Source: Verrucomicrobiia bacterium | GTDB lineage: Bacteria > Verrucomicrobiota > Verrucomicrobiia > Limisphaerales > SXQI01 | Assembly (NCBI GenBank): GCA_036383895.1 | Contig: DASVNK010000030.1 | Coordinates: forward strand, 116,490-180,489 | DNA length: 64,000 bases | Direction: 5' to 3' | Shown: positions 16,980-24,378 of the stretch, piece after piece | Position numbering within the stretch: the first letter of the stretch is position 1 | Layout: every line of letters starts with the position of its first letter | Made by a program: the position numbers and the translations under genes | The notes under the pieces: generated by a model | Seen by the model: only the letters and a program-made list of their open reading frames with translations | Database searches by the model: none | What the model was told of the DNA's origin: nothing

Positions 16980-18143
16980 ATGATCCCCATCGCCAAACCA
17001 ACTCTCGACGAACGCGAAGCCGACGCCGTTCGCCGCGTCATTCTCTCCGGCTGGATTACCCAGGGCCCGGAAGTTGCAGCCTTCGAAAAAGAGTTCGCTG
17101 AGTCCGTCGGGGCACCGCACGCAGTCGCTGTCTCTAACTGCACCACCGCGCTCCACCTAGCGCTTCTCGCCGCCAAAGTAGGGCAGGGCGATGAAGTCAT
17201 CACCGTCAGCCATTCATTCATCGCTACGGCAAATGCCGTCCGCTACTGCGGCGCGATTCCTGTCTTCGTTGACGTACAACGAGACACTTACAATCTCGAC
17301 CCGAATCTCGTCGAAGCCGCAATTTCGCCGAAGACCAAGGCCATCCTCTGCGTCCACCAGATCGGAATGCCCTGCGACATGGCCGCGCTTCTCGCCATCT
17401 CGCAAAAGCGCGGCCTCCCGCTCATCGAAGACGCCGCTTGCGCGATCGGCAGCGAGATCCTTTGGAACGGCAAATGGGAAAAAGTCGGTAAAGCGCACGG
17501 CGACGCTGCCTCTTTCTCTTTCCACCCGCGCAAGATTCTATCCACTGGCGACGGCGGCATGATCACCACCCGCCACAAAGACTGGGATGCCCAATTCCGC
17601 CTCTGGCGCCAGCACGGCATGTCCGTGCCCGACACCGTCCGCCACGGCTCTGCCAAAGTCATTTTTGAGAGCTACCCGCAACTCGGTTTCAATTACCGCA
17701 TGACCGATGTTCAGGCTGCCATTGGCCGCGAACAACTCAAGCGTCTCAGCACGCTCGTTCCGCGCCGTCGCGAAATGGCCAAGCGCTACAACGAACTCCT
17801 CGCCGATGTTCCCGGCCTGATCACCCCTTTCGAACCTGACTGGGCGCGCAGCAACTGGCAGAGCTACTGCGTTCGCCTTCCCGAAGGCGTCGATCAGCGC
17901 GAAGTCATGCAGATCATGCTTGACCGCAAAATCGCCACGCGTCGCGGCATCATGTGCTCCCACCGCGAAGATACTTACGCTCAGAAAAAAGAACCATGGC
18001 GCGCTTCCGGCTCACTCATCGAAAGTGAACTAAGCCAGGATCAATGCATTCTGCTCCCGTTGTTCGACCAGCTCACTCCCGAGCAGCAGGAAACAATCGC
18101 CTCCGAGCTCAAGGCTGCGCTCACTGCGGAAGTCGCCGCCTAA
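16980..18143 (+). CDS. DegT/DnrJ/EryC1/StrS-family PLP-dependent sugar aminotransferase
   Basis: MIPIAKPTLDEREADAVRRVILSGWITQGPEVAAFEKEFAE...NCTTALHLAL...SFSFHPRKILSTGDGG (PLP lysine context) is the family hallmark. Confidence 0.85.
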   Translation: MIPIAKPTLDEREADAVRRVILSGWITQGPEVAAFEKEFAESVGAPHAVAVSNCTTALHLALLAAKVGQGDEVITVSHSFIATANAVRYCGAIPVFVDVQRDTYNLDPNLVEAAISPKTKAILCVHQIGMPCDMAALLAISQKRGLPLIEDAACAIGSEILWNGKWEKVGKAHGDAASFSFHPRKILSTGDGGMITTRHKDWDAQFRLWRQHGMSVPDTVRHGSAKVIFESYPQLGFNYRMTDVQAAIGREQLKRLSTLVPRRREMAKRYNELLADVPGLITPFEPDWARSNWQSYCVRLPEGVDQREVMQIMLDRKIATRRGIMCSHREDTYAQKKEPWRASGSLIESELSQDQCILLPLFDQLTPEQQETIASELKAALTAEVAA

Positions 18144-18244
18144 CTAACAGAATGGTGGAGCGAGGACTAGCCGCGAAGCGGCTCGTCACTTAACCGTACT
18201 GACTTGGCCGAGCTTCCCGTTCGTAGATTTGATTATAACCAGGC

Positions 18245-18269
18245 GCGAGCTCCGGCTCGCCTCTTTTTT
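18245..18269 (+). terminator. GC hairpin plus T-run, possible terminator of the amino-sugar operon
   Basis: GCGAGC (18245-18250), loop TCCG, GCTCGC (18255-18260), then CTCTTTTTT, ending 1 nt before the lhgO ATG. The stem is only 6 bp. Confidence 0.35.
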
Positions 18270-18270
18270 A

Positions 18271-19494
18271 ATGTTCGATTGCACCATCATCGGCGGCGGA
18301 ATTGTCGGCCTCGCGACTGCGTATTCCCTCACGCGCGCGCAGCCCGGCATCAAAGTCCTCCTGCTCGAAAAAGAGGAGCAACTGGCTCAGCACCAAACCG
18401 GTCGCAACTCCGGCGTCATCCACTCGGGCATCTACTACAAGCCCGGCAGTTTCAAAGCCCGGTTCGCCAAAGCCGGCAGCCAGTCCATGGTCGAGTTCTG
18501 TCGCGAGCACGGACTCAAGTATGACGTCTGCGGCAAAGTGATCGTCGCTTGCGACCAGGCCGAACTCCCGCTCCTTGAAAATCTCTACCAGCGCGGACTC
18601 CAAAACGGCCTCAACATCACGCGCCTCACCGCCGAGCAAGTTCGCGAAATTGAACCGCGCGTCGCCTGCATCGCCGGCCTTCGCGTTCCCGCCACCGGCA
18701 TCGTCAGTTATCGCCAGGTCTCCGCGAAGGTCGCTGAACTCTTCCGCGAAGAAGGCGGCACCCTCGAAATGGGTGAACGCGTCGTCGAACTCGAGCGTCG
18801 CGGCAACACGCACCACGTAGAAACCAATCGCGCCGCCTACACGTCGCGCTTCGTCATTAACTGCGCCGGTCTCTATAGCGATCGCGTCGCTCGCATGTCC
18901 GGCACCGATCCCAAAATGCGCATCGTCCCTTTCCGCGGCGAGTATTACGAGCTCGTCGCGGAGAAGCGTTACCTCGTTAAGACGCTCATCTATCCGGTCC
19001 CTAATCCCGAGTTCCCATTCCTCGGCGTTCATTTCACAAAGATGATTGACGGCTCCGTCCACGCAGGCCCAAACGCCGTCCTGGCCCTGAAACGCGAAGG
19101 TTATTTCAAAACAAATTTCAGTCTCCGCGATTCGATCGAAACACTCACCTACGGCGCGTTCTGGAAACTCGCCGGCCGACATTGGGACGAAGGCTGGAAG
19201 GAAATCCATCGCTCGTTCTCAAAAGCTGCGTTCGTCCGCTCACTACAGCGGCTCATTCCGGAAGTCCGTTCCGAAGATCTCGTCCCCTGTTCCGCTGGCG
19301 TCCGTGCTCAGGCCCTCGGCGATGACGGAAAACTCATCGACGACTTCCACATCATTGCCGGCGAGCATTCGCTCAACGTCTGCAATGCGCCCTCTCCCGC
19401 TGCCACTGCCTCGCTCGAAATAGGCAGATACATCGCCGAGCAAGTGCCATCATTGGCAGCGTTGAAAACCCACGCTGCGCGCGCCCATGCTTAA
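18271..19494 (+). CDS. lhgO: L-2-hydroxyglutarate oxidase/dehydrogenase (FAD)
   Basis: MFDCTIIGGGIVGLATAYSL (FAD GxGxxG) at the very N-terminus, plus NSGVIHSGIYYKPGS and FRGEYY motifs as in LhgO/YgaF. I chose the ATG at 18271 rather than the TTG at 18229 because the dinucleotide fold starts at residue 2 in homologs. Confidence 0.75.
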   Translation: MFDCTIIGGGIVGLATAYSLTRAQPGIKVLLLEKEEQLAQHQTGRNSGVIHSGIYYKPGSFKARFAKAGSQSMVEFCREHGLKYDVCGKVIVACDQAELPLLENLYQRGLQNGLNITRLTAEQVREIEPRVACIAGLRVPATGIVSYRQVSAKVAELFREEGGTLEMGERVVELERRGNTHHVETNRAAYTSRFVINCAGLYSDRVARMSGTDPKMRIVPFRGEYYELVAEKRYLVKTLIYPVPNPEFPFLGVHFTKMIDGSVHAGPNAVLALKREGYFKTNFSLRDSIETLTYGAFWKLAGRHWDEGWKEIHRSFSKAAFVRSLQRLIPEVRSEDLVPCSAGVRAQALGDDGKLIDDFHIIAGEHSLNVCNAPSPAATASLEIGRYIAEQVPSLAALKTHAARAHA

Positions 19495-19652
19495 CCACTT
19501 TCCTTCGAATACTTTCCGTCAGCGCATTTGGAGAATGCGTGTTTCTGTGCTAAGTTCTCATATTCAGCAAAGGCAATACCTCCATTCTCAGGACCTGCCG
19601 TCTTCTTGGTCGTCCTCAGATATGCGAGGCATACAGGCTGCTAAAGGTAAGT

Positions 19653-20180
19653 ATGAGAATGAGAACGACAAAGACTTGGTCCCTCGCAAGTTTGATAATT
19701 GGCATCCTGGGGGTCGTTTCTGCACACGCACAACAAACGTTCAGCCTCGCCTGGAACGCCAATCCCGAGCCGGATATCGTCAGTTACCGCGTCCATGTCG
19801 GCACCTCAACGCGTCAATACACGCAATCATTCGCGACTACCGCTCCCTCAATCGATATCAGCACTTTGCCCGCCGGTCCGACCTACTTCTTCGCGGTAAC
19901 CGCGGTGAACAGTGCCGGTCTCGAAAGCGATTTTTCCTCCGAAATCTCCAGTGCTGGAGCGCCATCCGGCCCGCTCGTCAATTCCTCTCTTTCCGCCACT
20001 GCGATTCGCATGACGGTACAAACCTCGCCGAGCACCGTCGTCGCTTTCGATTCGAGCACCAACCTCGTCGATTGGCAGTTCTTCGCCAATCGCACCGCGA
20101 ACGCTTCTGGCGTCGCCACGCTCAATCAGACCCGCAGCACTTCCGGCCCTCGCCGCTTTTACCGCGTCCGCTTGCCTTAA
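19653..20180 (+). CDS. small secreted fibronectin-III-like protein
   Basis: Signal peptide MRMRTTKTWSLASLIIGILGVVSAHA. LAWNANPEPDIVSYRVHVGTS...YFFAVTAVNSAGLES is an FN3 pattern. The C-terminal ~70 aa end in FYRVRLP (see the finding on the shared C-terminal module). Confidence 0.65.
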   Translation: MRMRTTKTWSLASLIIGILGVVSAHAQQTFSLAWNANPEPDIVSYRVHVGTSTRQYTQSFATTAPSIDISTLPAGPTYFFAVTAVNSAGLESDFSSEISSAGAPSGPLVNSSLSATAIRMTVQTSPSTVVAFDSSTNLVDWQFFANRTANASGVATLNQTRSTSGPRRFYRVRLP

Positions 20181-20451
20181 TTCAGCCGCCCTTCGTTGAC
20201 TCCTCAGCTCTCGTAACATCTCGTTGCGAGAGCTTTGTCATTTGCGAACGACGTGTGAAGTGGATAAATGGATAAACCCTAACCTTGCATTCGACTGCGT
20301 GTTCATGCTTTCCTTCTGATTCACTTAGCGCCTGCTTTAGCCATTCAATCCCATCAAAACATACTTCAATCTTCCTACTCGTTGCGCATCAAAGGGCTTC
20401 TCTAAAGTAGCGTTCTACAGTTCTGCTCTCTTCGGCGTCACTGCAACTCTT

Positions 20452-21699
20452 ATGGCGCAAGAACCTCCGCTTTTGGCGCCACGCCCGCCAGAGCCCGCTC
20501 CGCCTGCGCCGGAAGCTCCGCAGCCGCGCCCGCCTGCCAGCTACTACGCTTCTTCTCGTGTGGGGGCTGGTTCTGCGCTCGTCCACGAGCAAGCCGCCGC
20601 GTTTTGGGGCGTGCAACCATTCGAGGAATTCCTCAAGAACCCGCTACAATGGGGCCCTTTCCAACTTCGCCCCTTCGGTTCATATCGCTTCACCTACGGA
20701 AATGGGTTAAACGTCACTCCGGGGAATCAGGTGACTACTGCGCTCCATGAAATTGCGCCCGGTGCAGTCCTCCAATCGCAACATCTCTCTTTCCGCTACT
20801 CGCCCACGATTAAATATTATTCCGCCGAGGAATTCGAAGATGGCGTCGATCACGCCGCCTCCGTGGGCGCGAATTTCGGTGTAAACGACTGGACCTTTTC
20901 CCTGGGGCACTCTTTCTCGGATACCAAGTCCCCGATGATTGAGACGGGCGCACAAACGCCACAGCAGACCCACAGCACAGTTCTCTCCGCCGCGTACCAA
21001 TATTCTAATAAAACCTCTTTCGAGTTCAGTCTCAGCCAATCCATTCAGGAAGCGGACGCTCTCAATAGCTCCATTGGTTGGTCGTCCATGAATTGGGCGA
21101 ATTATCACTGGACGGAAAAAACCTTGATTGGTTTGGGCGTTGGCGGTGGTTATACAAAACAGGATTTCGGCGATGATATGACGAACGAACAGCTTCAGGG
21201 GCGCATCGCCTGGCATCCGAGTGCGAAGCTGAATCTTAGTCTCAACGGCGGCGTTGAGTTTCGGCAATTTGTCAGCTCGGATCTCGACGATCAGGTCAAT
21301 CCAATCTTTGGTGCATCAATCAACTACAGCCCTTGGGAACCCACCACCTTTTCCCTAGGCGCGAATCAAAGCACAGGTGCTTCCCTTCTCGAGGCGCAGA
21401 CCACCGAAACCATCAGCTTTAACGTTGGTGTTCGGCAACGCCTCCTCGAAGTCCTCCACCTTGGCCTTTTTGCCGGATATCAGCAGCTTGAGTATCAAGG
21501 GTATGCCGGCACTGGCTCAGGCGGACTTCAAGAGGATCGCACGGACGAAATCCTCTCCTACTCGGTGGATCTTGGTTTCACCATCTTCACGAAAGGCGAA
21601 ATTTCCCTCTTCTACCAGCGAAGCGAAAACGATTCGAATGCAGAAGAATTCAGCTACGACAGCGATCAATACGGTTTCCAACTCGCTTACCACTTCTAA
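20452..21699 (+). CDS. putative outer-membrane beta-barrel protein of the exosortase locus
   Basis: 415 aa. Alternating amphipathic strands (TFSLGHSFS, SFEFSLSQS, IGLGVGGGYTKQ, LNLSLNGGVEFRQ, ISFNVGVRQ, YSVDLGFTIF, ISLFYQRSE). C-terminal YGFQLAYHF with terminal Phe is typical of OMPs. The N-terminus is proline-rich and has no obvious signal peptide. Confidence 0.55.
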   Translation: MAQEPPLLAPRPPEPAPPAPEAPQPRPPASYYASSRVGAGSALVHEQAAAFWGVQPFEEFLKNPLQWGPFQLRPFGSYRFTYGNGLNVTPGNQVTTALHEIAPGAVLQSQHLSFRYSPTIKYYSAEEFEDGVDHAASVGANFGVNDWTFSLGHSFSDTKSPMIETGAQTPQQTHSTVLSAAYQYSNKTSFEFSLSQSIQEADALNSSIGWSSMNWANYHWTEKTLIGLGVGGGYTKQDFGDDMTNEQLQGRIAWHPSAKLNLSLNGGVEFRQFVSSDLDDQVNPIFGASINYSPWEPTTFSLGANQSTGASLLEAQTTETISFNVGVRQRLLEVLHLGLFAGYQQLEYQGYAGTGSGGLQEDRTDEILSYSVDLGFTIFTKGEISLFYQRSENDSNAEEFSYDSDQYGFQLAYHF

Positions 21700-22003
21700 A
21701 CTGATCATCTCGGCGTTCAGTCAATAAGATCCTGTTGCAGGGTTGCCGAGTGCACGCTTCGAGGTTATTAGCCACATTATCGCCGTCTCCCATTCTTTAA
21801 CGCCCGCATCGCAAAACGATACGGTAGTTACTCGCTAGCCAGCAAAAGGCGAGGACGTCGTCGAGAGATAAATTCCTATGTAAGCAGGCTTTACGCGGCA
21901 ATTCACGGTCCGTGCCACCAAAAGGCCCTAGGCCATTTTTCTCGCGTTCCTAACATTTTCCGCACCAGTGGTTTGGAATGCACAATTCCAAAACGGGCTG
22001 ATT

Positions 22004-22019
22004 TGGCAAGATCGCTGCT
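22004..22019 (+). promoter_or_regulatory. candidate sigma-54 (-24/-12) promoter
   Basis: TGGCAA-GATCG-CTGCT. GG at 22005-06 and GC at 22017-18 have the canonical 12-nt offset of TGGCAC-N5-TTGC. Lies 28 nt upstream of the ATG at 22047. Preceded by the palindrome TTTGGAAT-GCACA-ATTCCAAA (21972-21992). Confidence 0.4.
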
Positions 22020-22046
22020 CATACCGTTCTCGAATACGCACCGGCA

Positions 22047-22643
22047 ATGAATAGTTACACAAAGACGAAACTAGCCTTAACGGCCGCGGCTCTCCTCGCC
22101 GCGATCCCAAGCGTTCAGGCGATCCCAAGCATCTCAGGTAGCATCGATTTCAACGGTCTCAATGCGACCGTTGAAATTACTGGCGCAACTGGCGATAATC
22201 CCTTTCTGACTGGCACGGGCTTCGATTTCTCGGATGGAACAAACATCGAAGTCGCCCAAGGCGCTTCCGGTACCTATGCAGGGCTGGTTGGTGAAGTTGG
22301 CACCATTAGCGATTTCTCGTTCGATCCACTCGGCGGCGGCATTAATCCAGTATGGTTGTTGAGCGTCGGCGGATTTTCCTTCTCCCTCGACAGCATCTTG
22401 AATGTTGCGCGTAGTGATTTTTCGCTGGGCATTGAAGCCGCCGGCACCGCTTCCGGCACCGGGTTTTCTTCCACGCCGGGGACGTTTTACCTGTCCATTG
22501 CTGACGATGGTGGAATCACCAAATTCGGCTTTTCCGCTGGAACGGTCGCTGAAGGAACTTCCGTTCCGGACGGCGGCTCAACCGTTATGCTCGCTGGCGT
22601 GGCCTTGCTCGGCATCGCTGCGGTGCGTCGCAAACTCTCCTAA
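22047..22643 (+). CDS. VPDGG-type PEP-CTERM sorting-domain protein (paralog 1)
   Basis: Signal peptide (LALTAAALLAAIPSVQA). C-terminus VPDGGSTVMLAGVALLGIAAVRRKLS has motif, TM helix and basic tail, i.e. PEP-CTERM architecture in the VPDSG-like variant. Confidence 0.8.
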   Translation: MNSYTKTKLALTAAALLAAIPSVQAIPSISGSIDFNGLNATVEITGATGDNPFLTGTGFDFSDGTNIEVAQGASGTYAGLVGEVGTISDFSFDPLGGGINPVWLLSVGGFSFSLDSILNVARSDFSLGIEAAGTASGTGFSSTPGTFYLSIADDGGITKFGFSAGTVAEGTSVPDGGSTVMLAGVALLGIAAVRRKLS

Positions 22644-22660
22644 TCTCAACCGCCCCAAAA

Positions 22661-23251
22661 ATGAACAAAATCATAACAGCTTTCGTAATTCTCGGCGGTT
22701 TCATGGCGTCCGCCACTGTGCAAGCCGTTCCTTACATTGACGGCAGCATCCGTTTTAACGGCTACAACAGCGCCGTGGTTGACATCACCGGTGAAGCCGC
22801 TGGCCAAAACGAATTCCTTTATGGCACCGGCTTCGATTTCTCGGATGGCCCTAACATCCAGGTAGCCACCGGCACCGGCTCGTATGCTTCCTCTGTCGGC
22901 CAGATCGGAACGATCAATGACTTCGTCTTCGAACCGCTTCAGCTTGGTGGCGTCGATCCTGTCTGGATTCTTCTGAACGGTTTCGCTTTCAATCTTCAAA
23001 CAGTGGAGAAGATTAGCAGGTCAAGTTTCTCTCTTGCGATTCAGGGCACCGGAGTCGCTTACGACCAGGCTGGCAATTACGCCCCCACTCCTGGAACGTT
23101 TAGTTTCTCGACGCAAGGGAACGCGAAGAATACCACGTTCACCTTCTCAGCCGGTTCAACCTCGGCTGCTCCTGTTCCTGATGGCGGTCTCACTTTGGGC
23201 TTCCTTGGCCTAAGCCTGCTTGGCCTCGTCGCAATGCATCGCCAAAGTTAA
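22661..23251 (+). CDS. VPDGG-type PEP-CTERM sorting-domain protein (paralog 2)
   Basis: Signal peptide (ITAFVILGGFMASATVQA). C-terminus VPDGGLTLGFLGLSLLGLVAMHRQS. Body colinear with paralog 1 (GTGFDFSDG.NI.VA.G.G.Y...VG.(V/I)GTI.DF.F.PL). 17-nt gap from paralog 1. Confidence 0.8.
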   Translation: MNKIITAFVILGGFMASATVQAVPYIDGSIRFNGYNSAVVDITGEAAGQNEFLYGTGFDFSDGPNIQVATGTGSYASSVGQIGTINDFVFEPLQLGGVDPVWILLNGFAFNLQTVEKISRSSFSLAIQGTGVAYDQAGNYAPTPGTFSFSTQGNAKNTTFTFSAGSTSAAPVPDGGLTLGFLGLSLLGLVAMHRQS

Positions 23252-23274
23252 GCGATTCAAATCAACTTTTTGCG

Positions 23275-23310
23275 AAGGCAAGGCGTTCAGCGCCTTGCCT
23301 TTTCTGCTTT
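23275..23310 (+). terminator. rho-independent terminator
   Basis: AAGGCAAGGCG (23275-23285), loop TTCAG, CGCCTTGCCTT (23291-23301), followed by TTCTGCTTTT. Lies directly after the second VPDGG gene. Confidence 0.65.
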
Positions 23311-23436
23311 TGCTTCCTTCCTATTGGCGGCCTTATCTCTCCGCGAAACCGCTTATCCGCGCCCGTCATTCGCGAGAGTTATTGTTGCCGCAAGCGTTTC
23401 TTGGGCGATACTCGCCGGTCTTTGGCTGTTTGATCG

Positions 23437-24369
23437 ATGGGCCCCGCGGATCAAGTTCGTATCGCACTAGCGCCGCACCAAACTGGGAATGCGGCTACTC
23501 CGTTCCGCTTTTTTTGGATCGCAACCGGTGTGCTCGCCCTTTGCTTCGGTAAAGTCCTGTTCGATTTAATCCGTCACGCGCTCAACGAAAGTCTCCATTC
23601 TCACATCTTTCTGGTCCCGTTCGTTAGCGCCTACCTTCTTCATCTACAGTGCGCCGAACTACCGCGCGTAAAAAGAGGCCCCAATCTTACTTCGGGGATC
23701 TGTTGGACCGTCGCCGTTTTCTCCCTCGCGGGCTACGCCATCATGCGACCCTTCCTCAGCCACAACGACTATCTCTCCCTAACGGTCCTTTCTTTCGTTT
23801 GCTTTGTCTTCGCGAACGTCGCCTGCTTTCTCGGAACCGCTTTCTTCAAAGCTGCTGCCTTTCCCATTCTTTTTCTGCTCTTTCTCGTTCCGTTGCCTGA
23901 TTTCCTCGTCAACGCTCTCGAGATTGCATCTCAATTCGGCTCTGCCGAAGTTTATTCGTGGATGATGAATCTTTCGGGCGCGACGTATTATCGCGAGGCA
24001 CGCACCTTCGTTCTTCCAAACCTCACCATCGTCGTCGCCCAAGAATGCAGCGGCATTCGCTCCAGCCTCGTTCTCTTCATCACCAGCCTCATTGCCGGCC
24101 ACATGTTCCTCCGCACCACCTGGAAGAAATGGGTGCTCGCACTCGCCGTGTTCCCACTCGGCCTCATTCGAAACGCTTTCCGCATTTACATCCTTTCCAT
24201 GGCGTCAGCACACTGGAATCCTGACGTCATTCACAGTCCGATTCATCATCGCGGCGGTCCTATCTTTTTCGCACTCAGCCTCGTTCCATTTTTTCTCCTG
24301 CTCCTTTGGCTAAGAAGAAAGGATTGCAAGCGCCCTAATACGGTGATCTCTGCCTCGTCTCCTTCTTAA
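23437..24369 (+). CDS. exosortase (EpsH/Xrt family transpeptidase)
   Basis: 310-aa polytopic membrane protein with the family hallmarks HSHIFLVPFVSAYL, catalytic-Cys motif VVAQECSGIRSSLVLF and IRNAFRIYILSMASAHW (Arg/His). Confidence 0.85.
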   Translation: MGPADQVRIALAPHQTGNAATPFRFFWIATGVLALCFGKVLFDLIRHALNESLHSHIFLVPFVSAYLLHLQCAELPRVKRGPNLTSGICWTVAVFSLAGYAIMRPFLSHNDYLSLTVLSFVCFVFANVACFLGTAFFKAAAFPILFLLFLVPLPDFLVNALEIASQFGSAEVYSWMMNLSGATYYREARTFVLPNLTIVVAQECSGIRSSLVLFITSLIAGHMFLRTTWKKWVLALAVFPLGLIRNAFRIYILSMASAHWNPDVIHSPIHHRGGPIFFALSLVPFFLLLLWLRRKDCKRPNTVISASSPS

Positions 24370-24378
24370 AAAACCGAA

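Noticed and set aside
18268-19209. 313-aa ORF on the minus strand
   Set aside because: It is antisense to lhgO, which carries an FAD-binding N-terminus. There are no recognisable motifs and the composition is biased (A/G/E/D).
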